A DNA stretch of 64,000 bases from Eledone cirrhosa. Taxonomy: Eukaryota. Numbering within the stretch: position 1 is the stretch's first letter; the number at the start of each line of letters is the position of its first letter. The position numbers were made by a program, and so were the translations under genes. The notes under the pieces are model-generated. The model made no database searches. It had not been told where the DNA came from and saw only the letters and a program-made list of their open reading frames with translations. Where the stretch lies: the NCBI GenBank assembly GCA_964016885.1, contig OZ024740.1, positions 143,468,001 to 143,532,000 of the forward strand, given 5' to 3'. Shown in pieces: positions 11,501 through 22,336 of this stretch.

Positions 11501-14192
11501 TGAATCCTCACCCTCAACTTTGCAATCTTTAAAGACCCTACTAGGAGGACAAACCTTCTGATGACATCACTGTCAAGGTCTGATGAACATGCAAGCTTCT
11601 CCACCACATCATAGTAGATCTCTCATTCAATTTCTCATTAGTTCTGATAATCTTTATTATATATTTTTACTTTTAATTTCCATTATAAATATATCAAAGC
11701 TGATAAAAACTTAAACTTAAATCAATAAATTTAATATATCTATTTCAGGAACAATTTGGTTAGGGGAAGAAATAACTCTTAAAACTCCAATCAGTGCTAA
11801 TACTGCGGCTATTACATGGAAAAGTGAAGGAAAGAATATTGCATGTGACAAAAGTTGCGATGGGAATGAAGACTACAAAATTACTAGGGGAAATGGTTTA
11901 TCTACCCTTTGGATAAGAAATGTTTCTTGGCAATATCGTACATGGACAGTTATTGAAAATGATTTGGAAACTAATGACTTCACTATGGATATAAATGGTA
12001 AGGAAATAATTTCTGATGATAATAATCATGGAGCAAGTATTTTATGGTGTTAAATCAAAGTCAACATTTGTATTTTAATGATTTATTTTCTATCTTGAAT
12101 TGTAATATTTCTGTAATATATAATAATGTGGGATAGTTAACTAAATGAACTGGTTAGATTAACCCCTATGTCCTTGTTCTAATATCTTGACCACATTTCC
12201 AATAATTAGGTGTCTATATTACCACTTAATTGTTATATGGTTGACAATCTTTCGGTATCTTCTAATATCTTAATCACATTCCCAGTGGTCACTTATCTAA
12301 TGTTATATAACCCCTATAAAATAAGCTAATTTGTCAGACTGCCATATTTGTGTTAAAAATGTTTGTTTTTTGAAATTCAGATGTTATGTTGATTTTATTT
12401 TTTTTTTTTTTTTATATAGAATTTTAAATAATAACATTCTTATTCCTTTTCTATCTCTAAGAATGATTCCACATTCCTTAGTACAGATGTATTGGAAGGT
12501 TTTATCTCTGAATGGTTTAGAAATCATATAAACACAAATTTAGCAGTATGTCTTATTTTATATAGTTTTCACAGAATTTTTAATCTCATAACTTGTTTGG
12601 TTTTAATATTGCAGTGAACTTTGTATATTTTCTGTTAGCCATGTGATGTTATAGACTATTTCCAACTCTCCTTATTTTCTGATAACTTTTTCTTGGAGTT
12701 GAAAACTGTGAAAACAACCACACATTAAGAAGACCCGCTTAACATTTGCAGAGATAGGAGAAATCAATCTAAATATACCTACAGACTAACAAAGAACAGT
12801 CTGTCTGAGGAACAATTTGTCCTCTATATATGATTATATACACTTACAGACTGATGAGGATTCTTTGTTACTAAAATATACATAAAACAACTTTATACTG
12901 ATATTATTCTTGTTTTTTTTCTTTCCTTTTTTCAATTCTTGAAATGACAAAGAAATTGGTCTTATTTTTCATTGATCAGAACCTTTTTCCAAATTCTCAC
13001 TGCAAACAAATCTATTGTAACCAAATCTTGACAATACAGTGTGGGAATAAAGAATCTGTAAATTAAAAAAATAGCTTGTGGTAGCAATAATAATAAAGGC
13101 TTACCTTGCTTCCAGAATTCACTTAGAGGAATTTTTAATAGCAGCTCTTTCATGCTAAACAGCTTAAAACACCACACTTTTCTGTGAGTCTCACACTCAC
13201 ATACACACGCAACCATACTTTGAAAAAAATTCTATGTTGAAAGAGGATTGGAGTTCTGTTCCTTCACTAACCTGGCACTATTTCCCTCTCATACTTCTGG
13301 CTCTTAACCCACAATACTACATACATTTTAAAAGACGGTATCATAGAAGCAACTAATTCATTATCGCTGGCAGGGCCTATGAGAGGGGGTCCAACTAGTA
13401 CTTTGTTCCGGGGGCCCAAGACCTAAGAAGGTCCCACAGCAACCATGCAACATCCATTTTGAGAATTTGCCTGCTTCAGAGCAAAATTTCTCCTGGAAGC
13501 CCTGATCGCAGGCACAGTTTTTTCTTTGGCAATTTCAGTATTGAAAAGTCTTCTAGTAGATGTTTCTCAAATGAGATGGAGGTGGGTGCAAATATTCTAA
13601 AATGCTGCTATTCGCACCAGAAATCAACATTCTCTGTTAACTGTTCTCTCTCATTTTCTGCATCATCATCATTGAACAGCCATTCTCCCTGGTAGCAAGT
13701 GTTGGACAGGTTATTACAGAATGAGTCAGTGCTCAAGTAGAGCTACTGACCTCTCAGATGGGTCAGAGGCCCACATCGTGCTTACATATATTTCCATACT
13801 CTATAGAGTGCACTTTATTGTGGCGCCAACATTAGAAAGGTTGTCATGACTTTGACACTGCTGAAGAAGCCTCTCAACCCTTTATTTGACCAGTTTTCTA
13901 TGACTGAATACCTTTCCTATCACCAACCACCTTTCAAAATGTACTGAGTTTGTTTAATTAAGTCACCAACACTAGAGAGGTTGTACCTTTGACGTAACGG
14001 AAGAATTCTTTTGACTCTTTTTAACACGGTTTCTATGACAGGATTCTCTTCCTATTGCCAACCAAGTCACAGGTTGTACTGGGCGCATTTTTTGTAGCAC
14101 CAACATTAAGGAGGTTATTGGTAATTGAGTTAACTGAAGATCCCTCTCTACTCTATGGGAGGGGATGTTAAAAAGGATGGTAAGTATAATGC

Positions 14193-14228
<36 letters not shown>

Positions 14229-17200
14229 GTGTGTGTTTGTATGTATAATATGTACACACGATATATTTTGCAGTGAAGCCAACAATTCATTTTGAAATCA
14301 AACCAAATTGTGACTACAAAATAAAAACGACTTGTTCTAAACCCAAGGCAGATATAAAATGTCTCTACGATGTAAGTAAATGGAATTGGGTTTTTACCTG
14401 TTTCTCTTCCTATCATTAACCTATTCAATTATGTGCTAGGGAGTGGATTGCTTAATTTTATTTAAGGTAACTGGAGTGAGTAGGGTGTATCTTGCTTAGA
14501 GACACAACACAATTACTCTAGTACAGTATTTGTAATTCTAAGTCGGGACATATCAGTTCAAAATGAGATTAACAAAAAAAGATTTGACTATGGTATTTTA
14601 AGAAATGAACTGAGCATCAAATAACATTGTGACATTTACAGTGTGGAACTTGCTTGATTAAAAGTTTTTTATCAGTCCAGTAATGAAGCAAAAGAATCAT
14701 CATCCATCATATGTAATATTTTCCAGTATTTTCATGTGTAAGTACAACAGTGGCACTGATCCATGATCATAACAATCTATGAGCTGACTGAGAGCAATGT
14801 TAGACACTTTTGTCTATGTTGATCAATGTTCACTTGATGCCTAAAAAAACACATTTTTGAAGCTGTGCACTCCATCAGATTTTAAAAATGGAATAATTCC
14901 ATAGAAAATGAGATTTACAATTGTGATTCATAAAGAGCGGGTTTTCCATTTTGTTTACAATATCATATAAGACATGGGAGGACTTTCGGGTTAAGTTAGA
15001 ACCTGACATTTGATCAGTAAATGAAATATTTTGGCAAACTATCTCCTGACTTCATTATAAGAAGTCCTCCTCTACACCTGCTTTCAAGAACTTGTCTGGG
15101 GTTCTTGTTTCTGAAGAGAGGTGCATCCTCATAAGCTAGAGAGAGTACTTTGCTGATCCTGGGTCACAATAGTTAATGTACATGAGTAGTGTCTAACCTT
15201 GTGAAGGCTGTGGTCACCAGAGCAATTAAAGTGCTCAAATGTGGCAAGGCCTCTGAGGAAGATGAAATTGGGCCTGAGGTTTAAAACCTTAAATAGAAAA
15301 GGTATGTTCTGGCTGACTCATGTGTTAGGTGGCCTGAATCTCTGTGAAGGCACCAAAGCACTAGCAGCAGGGAGTGATACAATTTTAGAAGAAGTGAGAT
15401 TGCTCTAATTATTTGTTGTTAACACAATATAAACTATAATAAAGTAAGAAGCGCGGGATTGCTTAGTAAAATAAGTTGGTTTACTTTGAATAAATAATGA
15501 ATGAATGTTACATAATTTATCTACTAAATTTCGTGGCTGTTCATTAAATATATTTTATTATTTATTTAAAGATTCGCTTCTTTAAAATTTTCAAATGTAA
15601 ACACTTCCGATCGCTTAAATAAATACTCATATATTTCCTTCACTAATTTTCTCCTAATGCAGTTTATATATAGTATCGTCTTTTTTAATGTATCATGGAT
15701 TACATTACTGATTAAATAAGACAGTGTAACACAGTCTTCGTTCAATTTCTGTGTATATTGTCAATTACGATTTTATTTGATGTATCATATCTACATGCAT
15801 ATATACTTGCGTAAAATATCAATATACACACTAAACGTACTAGCAGAAAACCACCCGAAGGGTGGTTTTTCTGCTAGTTTATTTAATGAATATGATTTAC
15901 AGAATAAACAAATCAATAGAAATTAATTAGAGAAAGAAAAAACAAAAAAACAAGAGAAGATGGGTACACTCAATTGCATGCTACAACAGGGAATGTTCGT
16001 ATTTCCCTAAAACATTTTGAGGTAATCAAGACACTCATGACATTGCTGCTGGAATAGCCAAGCACTCTTATGAGCATCACCTGATACTTCAGTAAGATGA
16101 GCTGCCAACAATGACAAGAACCTTATTGTCAGCAACCCTGCTACCACCAAATATTTTGAATGCTTCAGGCTGAAACATGGATTACCAATAATTCACTGTA
16201 TTTCAGAATTTTATTTCGTTTGGCTATGGTTGCAGTGACCCCCATTTTTTCTGCAGCATCTAATATATGAGGAGCAAAAGCATCACTGACTGTGGTGCCC
16301 CATAAGACGCATCTACTTTTAGCCTGAGGGCAAAGAGTAAGACGAATGAGCCTCTTTCCATTAACCCTGGACAATCCATTTCTAACAGAATTTGGAATTT
16401 CAAAATATTTTCCACTTACTATAGCTAATCTTCCAGCTCTAATCATATCATCTAGATAGAAAAATATATTTACTATTATCGATGGGGAATGGGGCTGGAG
16501 TGTTGTAACACTTTTCTGCTTGTTCGAGTTTAGGGTGGGGGGAGGTAGTGGATTAGCTAACCTGCTTCTGCTGCATGCATTCCACTTGCATGAGAGGCGA
16601 GTTCTTCATATTACAGAATTTTTCTGTCCTGGATCATCTCCTTTATGGGATTTAACTGCATGAGGTCGGCCTTTATGACACCATCTCATCACAGAATTTC
16701 CTAGGTCTTCCTCTTCCAAGGGTTCCTTTGACTTCAGGAGCCCTACATTTCTTTATGCAGCTGTCATCCTTCATACATATTACATGTTCATACTATCGCA
16801 ATTTCTTCTCATGAACACTACACATGATGCCTCTTATGCCCAGCTTTACTCTTAGCTCATTGATATTTCATCGCTCTTATATATTACTATTATACATTCA
16901 TCGGAGCATGCTCATCTCATTTCTTTCCAATCTTTGTAAGTCCTCCATACACAAAGCCAAAGTCTAACTACAATGTAGCATTGCTGTTCGTACACAAGCA
17001 GCATACAGTCTGCCATTCACTCTGAGGCAGAAACCTTTTGTAGCTAGCAGTGACAGTAGCTCCCTGACTTAACTTTTTCCAACCAGTCCTTATTCTGGCT
17101 ACTGTACTTTCAGAACACCCATTCCCACTACGAATTTGATCCTCTAGATAGCAGAAACTATTGACTATTTCTAGGAAGCCCTCTGAACATTTAATAGGGC

Positions 17201-20200
17201 GTTTCATGTGTGCTCTTGTTACTTACTGCTTCTGTGCATTGGTTACATACAAAGCCTACATTTTTAACCTGGTGTAAAACCAAACTGCATCTTGTCTATG
17301 TTAATTCTATCCTGAATTAGTTGTGCAATAACTATTTCAGTAACTTTCATGACTTGGTTCATCAACTTGATGCCTCTTTAGTTTCCTCTGTCTAGTGTGT
17401 CTCCTTTGCCCTTGATGCTGCTATGCCAGTCATTAGGTATGACACCATCCTGTATTACTTGATTTACTATGCACATAGTGTGTGCCCCACTCAACCAGAT
17501 ACTTTTGGCATCTGAGCTACTATCCCTGATGGCCCAGCTGCTTTACTTGTCTTCATATCCTTCATTGCCTTACTTACTACACAGTTGCTAACTTGGCTGA
17601 CCAGACCCTCTGTTGAATCTGCTTGAGGCAGGCCTTCTTTCTTCTCAGCAACAATGAGGGCAAGTCAACCACTGTCATTTTGGACACAATTCTCCCCAAC
17701 AACATCTTGATTTTTCCCTCACATCTTGCAATCCTGAACACCTCATGCCTATGGTCCCCACAGTGCAGAACATGCACACATTTCTTGTTTTCTGCTTTCC
17801 TCCTTCCTAAGTATACCTGTCACTTGGCTTCTCTTCTACCATCTTGATACTGTTCTCTGCTTCCCCCATTTTGCCAATCTTTCCATGTCTGTTTCTTAAT
17901 TCTAACTGTCTCATCCACTCTTCTATTCCACCACCATGTCACTCTATGGCATCCAGGGGCCTTGTTTTGAAGTATATGGGGACAGGGAAGGTTCTGTGGT
18001 ATGAGTTAATTGGATTTGGTGCCTGGGATGTAGTGAGTTTGCAGTCATATTTCTGAACATGGTGTGGTACTTCAGCCCCTTTTCTAAAATGATCTACCTC
18101 ATTTATATCGCTTATCCAGATTGATCAGACAGAAAACTGTTGGTGGTGGAAAGGGGATGGAAGAGAGGTTTCTGATGAGGTTTAGGGAAGAGGAGGAGAA
18201 TAGAATTTAGGAAAAGAAAGATGGCAAACATGGATAAAATAGAACAGGACAAGAGAGATCTGAAGAAGTAAATTTTAGGGAAGAAAGATGAGATAGATTG
18301 AAAACAGCAAGCAAAAATAAAATGAAATATTTATGAACAATACAAGAGAGAGAGTGAGAAATGAATTGTAGGGAAGGAAGAAAAATGAGAAATATATAAT
18401 GTATATGGCAGAATTTGCAGAAAAGAGGAGAATAGGATTTAGGAAAAGAGAGATAGCAAACATCACTAAAAATAGAATATTCATAAGATATAAGCTTTAA
18501 GGAAGAAAGATGAGATAAGAAGAAAATATATACTGTATATACTCAAATATAAGCCACCACCCCTATTTTATGTCTGAGAAATGAGCAAAAATCCAACTGA
18601 TCAACACATTATGTTTAGATAGAATGGTTTTGAAATTCTCGTGATTATAAAATATAGTTACAAAGTTTTAATATTTTGATGTTTAAAATATAGTTTTTGT
18701 TTCACACCTCCATTGGGTAATGAGTTTCCATTACGCTAAGTTTCAACAAGTTTCTCAAATGTTTGTTTACTTCTGGCCACTCACATGCTACAAGTACTTT
18801 GAAAGCAAGAAATCAACTAAGAAAGCATTGTATTAGAATAGAAGAAGGAGGGGGTGACAGCAAGTGAGAGATGGCAATAAAATAATATTAGAAGAAAGAT
18901 TTCAATTTTACAGAACATTGAAAGAAAAAGTATTATTAAGTCAGAGAAAAACATGTATGTGTGTGCACATGTGCATGTGTAATTCTGTATAAGATATTTA
19001 TGTATTAAACAATTCAAATTATAAAACTTTGTTGGAAATATTTTCATGGGAATGCATAAAAAACACTAATGATGATGTAAATGAAGCAAAACAGTTTCAT
19101 TGTAAAATAATCACTCCATATATTTTAACACCTTATTTCTGGTGAAAATCAGCAAAATATAAGCTGACACCCATTTTACCATTGATTCTTTTTGTCACAT
19201 ATTTATTAGCTTATATTCAAGTATATATGGTATATGTGACTGTGTTTGAAGGAAAAGGTGAGGGCTTACAAGAATTAGTCACATAGTGTTATGTATATGC
19301 GGATGAAGTACAGAGGATATTATATGTAATATATTCTTGATTTGTGTAATGTTTATATTTTGGTTTAATGAAATTAAGCTATATCGTCAAGCACTTATTT
19401 CAGAATATTTGCAAGCTCTTTTAGTAATGGGGAATGAACTTTGACACGGGATTGGGGATCAAGTTTCATGTGACAAGGCCTAGTTTCAAAAAGGGATTTA
19501 TATCATGTTGGTATCCTCTATATAGAAATATGTATAATGAGTGTTCTACCACATTCAGACTATAATCACTGTACTATGTCCAGCTCCACCACTTGTTCTG
19601 TTACCAATATAACAGAACTTATCAATAATATAGAAGATATCATTGTAAGCCTTGCATGTGTCATAGTTGAAATTATGGTAACTTTCCAGATTGTCTCAAT
19701 AATGTTATACCTTATGACTGTTTGAACAAGCTAAGTAACTTAAATAGAAATAAATTAAGTATTAAATGTAATAAAGTAAAAGTTTAGTCCTTGAAAATTA
19801 GTTACTGGGGAAAAATCATTTGAGCCAGTCAAAATCTCACAAAAACTTTGAAATTCACTTTTATCATTTATTTATTGTTGTCAAACTTTTCCTTGCATTG
19901 ATTATGACCAAGTTACTGACACAGTTTCACTGATAAATATAAAATGAATTTAAGTTTCTTAAGTCTCAACACAAGCTCAATCAAGTCACATACCAACCAA
20001 GTACAACTCTGAAATTAATAATGATTTCTTTAAATATTCTTTTTTATTTTACTTTCTTTCTCAGAAAGATCTGAAACTTACATACGAATCTGAACGTTGT
20101 AATAATCGAAGTATTAAATTAAACCCTCCTGATGTAAAGTTAATACACCAATCAACTACACCTGGGAAAATCAAATGTGATGTCCATCTTGATAGTCTTT

Positions 20201-20896
20201 TACACTTTACTGTAAATAAAGAATTTGAATGTAAGGGCATGATTTTATCATTTTTATAAATAATATTGGAAATTGTTTTCAAATGTTCTTTGTTTAGATA
20301 TATTCACTTCTTAGAATCTGCTCCCACCATCACTGTACTCCCCCAATTCCACCCCTTCCACTCATCACCCTGTCAAACCCCAGCACACCTATCTTATACC
20401 CATAACATATTCTCTTCACCTTTTTACTTCCTCACATCACCACTTGAAGCCAGGCATGGAACCTGTCACTCTCCACCTCTTGTCACCTATGATATACCTA
20501 ATATCCTTTTTACATCCTTCATCGTCTCTCCCCAAATAAGTTGAGTGATTGCATAAAGGCTGCATCATTGGCTCTAAAGGACTGTAGCATTACTTCTTCA
20601 CATGAAGGTAACTTAGACAAACTATAACCACTTGATTTCTTGCAGCTATTAAATAAATAACAATATATTGGTTTTCTTTTGCAGGCACTAGCTCTTCAGT
20701 GAAGCCTCTTACTACAATGACAGAGGATATTACTACAATGACAGAGGATATTACTACAATGACAGAGGATATTACTACAATGACACCTTTTACAATAGCG
20801 TCTATTTCAGGTAATAGTGCAAAATCATGCATTTCCAGAATTTGGATGGAACTTATTATTGGGATCATCATTACTGTTATCTGTTTAAGATATTAA
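8526..20896 (+). CDS. Six-coding-exon gene for a 264-aa predicted GPI-anchored surface protein: signal peptide, 2 Ig-like domains, Thr-rich stalk, hydrophobic C-terminus
   Basis: join(8526..8565,10324..10365,11749..11997,19559..19644,20065..20230,20685..20896) = 795 nt. All introns are GT-AG, with phases 1,1,1,0,1 and no internal stop. Protein: MKILPLLYLLAMTYISMVNA-KLNIEANGTIWLGEEITLKTPISANTAAITWKSEGKNIACDKSCDGNEDYKITRGNGLSTLWIRNVSWQYRTWTVIENDLETNDFTMDIN-DYNHCTMSSSTTCSVTNITELINNIEDIIKDLKLTYESERCNNRSIKLNPPDVKLIHQSTTPGKIKCDVHLDSLLHFTVNKEFEC-TSSSVKPL(TTMTEDI)3TTMTPFTIASISGNSAKSCISRIWMELIIGIIITVICLRY*. The Ig and GPI calls are inferred from sequence pattern. Confidence 0.82.
8760..9890 (-). mobile_element. 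Ty3/Gypsy LTR retrotransposon gag-pro-RT fragment, intronic
   Basis: Gag knuckle CNFCHKKGHWATVC, protease LLDTGS, RT SPW..RLVIDY..KIDLKAAYHQI..YEFTRLPFG. Truncated before YxDD; no LTRs seen. Confidence 0.9.
9930..10060 (-). mobile_element. RTE RT fragment
   Basis: Reverse complement gives IWWSLRKLGVDEWVMRAMQAMYKG, homologous to 6640-6720. Confidence 0.8.
10324..10365 (+). CDS. Coding exon 2 (end of signal peptide, YISMVNA|KLNIEAN)
   Basis: Acceptor tttcatcttttatAG, donor G|GTAATT, 42 nt, phase 1-1. It is needed to avoid a TGA at an exon1-exon3 junction and supplies a V-N-A signal peptidase motif. Confidence 0.8.
10830..11180 (-). repeat. Degenerate tandem repeat (~140-bp period) derived from the SINE body
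   Basis: Recurrent CTTCCTATCACCAACCAC at ~10923, 11062 and 11159; complement of the SINE GTGGTTGGTGTTAGGAAGGG segment. Confidence 0.55.
11749..11997 (+). CDS. Coding exon 3 (Ig-like domain 1)
   Basis: Acceptor tctatttcAG, donor G|GTAAGG, 249 nt open, phase 1-1. Ig strand pattern GEEITL..ITW..YKI..STLWIRNVS. Confidence 0.88.
13810..14150 (-). repeat. Second array of the same ~140-bp SINE-derived tandem repeat
   Basis: Same motifs (GTTTTCTATGACTGAATACC, CACCAACACTAGAGAGGTT). Confidence 0.55.
14740..15410 (+). mobile_element. Old LINE fragment (endonuclease-RT linker)
   Basis: RAIKVLKCGKASEEDEIGPE resembles the KAxGxD linker motif; heavily decayed. Confidence 0.45.
15839..15878. repeat. 40-bp near-perfect palindrome resembling a Helitron 3' terminus on both strands
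   Basis: ACTAGCAGAAAACCACCC-GAA-GGGTGGTTTTTCTGCTAGT; one extra T in the right arm. Confidence 0.8.
15980..16450 (-). mobile_element. CRE-like RLE endonuclease C-terminal fragment
   Basis: GLSRVNGKR..LTL..VLWGTTVSDAFAP..KRNKILKYSEL resembles the decayed RPD..WD RLE motif. Confidence 0.65.
16640..17970 (-). mobile_element. Decayed RTE LINE fragments
   Basis: EVFRIAR, KAAGPSGI, ESTVARIRTGWKK and RGRPR, homologous to the other RTE copies. Confidence 0.8.
18533..19230. mobile_element. Tc1/mariner-superfamily MITE with TA target duplication
   Basis: TA|CTGTATATACTCAAATATAAGC ... GCTTATATTCAAGTATATATGG|TA, imperfect ~22-bp TIRs. Confidence 0.7.
19559..19644 (+). CDS. Coding exon 4 (N-half of Ig-like domain 2)
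   Basis: Acceptor acattcAG, donor ATT|GTAAGC, 86 nt. Only the phase 1-0 frame is open. Confidence 0.75.
20065..20230 (+). CDS. Coding exon 5 (C-half of Ig-like domain 2)
   Basis: Long pyrimidine tract plus tctcAG, donor T|GTAAGG, 166 nt, phase 0-1. F-strand-like GKIKCDV. Confidence 0.85.
20685..20896 (+). CDS. Coding exon 6 (Thr-rich stalk and GPI-signal-like tail, stop TAA)
   Basis: Acceptor gttttcttttgcAG, same frame as ORF 20699..20896. Small residues SGNSA are followed by hydrophobic LIIGIIITVICL with no cytoplasmic tail. Confidence 0.85.
20709..20785 (+). repeat. Perfect 21-bp coding minisatellite (TTACTACAATGACAGAGGATA x3.7) encoding TTMTEDI
   Basis: Read directly; the units are identical. 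Confidence 0.95.
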
Positions 20897-20989
20897 AAAG
20901 TAATAGATAGAGATGGTATGTATTATCCACTATTTTTTTGCATGAATTTGATGGGTTTTCACCCTCACAGCTTACTTTCAACTTGCTCC

Positions 20990-21280
20990 AACAATTTGAG
21001 ATCAGCATCTCACCACTTCAGTCAAAGTCTTCCTTAGTCTTCTCTTCCACATCTTTCTTCCTTGGATTCTCTTAGTTCTTCTTGACCCAACGATCATTAT
21101 GCATCAACATCACATGTCCTTACCAGTGCAATCTTCTCTCTTGCACATTTGATTCAACTTATGCCCAGTTTTTCACTTAATTCATTTGTGCTTCATCATT
21201 CATGCATACTAACATTACACATTCTTAAAGAGCATGTTTGATTTGTTTCTCTGCAGTCTTCACACATTCTCTGTATTCAC
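20990..21280 (-). mobile_element. RTE LINE 3' fragment
   Basis: Reverse complement resembles RRLHWxGHV..GRRxKxT, the RTE C-terminus. Confidence 0.6.
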
Positions 21281-21289
21281 TGCCCATGT

Positions 21290-21812
21290 CTTACTACAAT
21301 GCTGTATCACACTTAAGAGACGTGCAACCAAGCAAATACCCTCCATCAGGCATCTACCATACTCTGAATGCCTTGCTTCCCTGGGCATGGATACATTGAA
21401 GCTCCGACGTCTGGCAATTGACTTGGTAAACACCCACAAAATTATTAACCATCTGAGCACCTTTTTGATTTCCATGTGTCTAACACACATGGGCATGCCT
21501 ACAAAGTCAGAAAACAGCACAGCTCCCATGACTTTCGGAAAAATTTTTTCATGCTCAGAGTTGCTGAAGCATGGAACAAACTCTGCATCAGTTGTTAGCT
21601 GCCGAGACACAACATGCTTTAAAACCTCCATGCTTCCTGAAATTTGCCAACACTATACTTGATATCCCTCCTCCATACACATGCACACATATATATCATG
21701 ACTCATACACTGTTCACTTTCCTGGCATTTGTACATCATTCTATGTACTATAAATGCACCTTTGATGAATCATAGTGCACCTGAGCACTGTACACAATAA
21801 ATTCATTATTAT
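21290..21812 (+). mobile_element. CR1-clade LINE 3' fragment
   Basis: RRATKQIPSIRHLPYSECLASLGMDTLKLRRL; (ATT)n tail. Confidence 0.8.
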
Positions 21813-21823
21813 TATATATATAT

Positions 21824-22175
21824 AATGAAATTATTGTGTGAAGTGCTCAGGTGCACTACAACTCGTCAAAGGTGCATGTATAGTACATAGAATAATACAC
21901 AAATGTCAGTGAAGTGAATAGTGTATGAGTCATGATATACATGTGTGTATTTGTATGGAGGGGGAACATTAGGTGTAGTGTTGGCGAATCTCGGGAAGCA
22001 TGGAGGCCTTAAAGGATGCAGTGTCTCGACAGCTAACAACCGATGCAGGTAGTTTGTTCCATGCTTCAGCAACTCTGAGCGTGAAAAAATGTTTTCGAAA
22101 GTCATGGGAACTGTACAGTTTTCTGACTTTGTGGGCATGTCCACGTGTGTTAGACACATGGAAATCAAAAAGGTA
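21824..22175 (-). mobile_element. CR1-clade LINE 3' fragment, same family, inverted
   Basis: NTRGHAHKVRK..FRKHFFTLRVAEAWNKLPASVV..FK. Confidence 0.85.
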
Positions 22176-22336
22176 CTCAGGGTTGTTATATGCAGGAATC
22201 ATACAATCTACGCTTCAGATGTAGAGAAAAACCCTTGTTATCAACAAATATTTCAGTGTTACCTCTTTTCTCACTATTACCTCAGACAAAGAAGAATCCA
22301 TCTTTAAAAATTTATAAATAAATTTTTTTTAATGAA

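Noticed and set aside
12845-12880. CTGATGA hammerhead core
   Set aside because: No helix II or GAAA follows.
14681-14737. Alternative 57-nt phase 1-1 exon (VMKQKNHHPSYVIFSSIFM) with GTAAGT donor
   Set aside because: A competing AG lies 5 nt upstream and gives a stop, the peptide is not Ig-like, and it abuts a LINE remnant. It cannot be fully excluded without RNA data.
15839-15878. Rho-independent terminator
   Set aside because: Hairpin plus T-run is present, but this is a eukaryotic intron and a Helitron-end explanation fits better.
18180-18525. Purine-rich degenerate repeat with a hydrophobic minus-strand ORF
   Set aside because: Low-complexity sequence; the hydrophobicity follows from T-rich codons.
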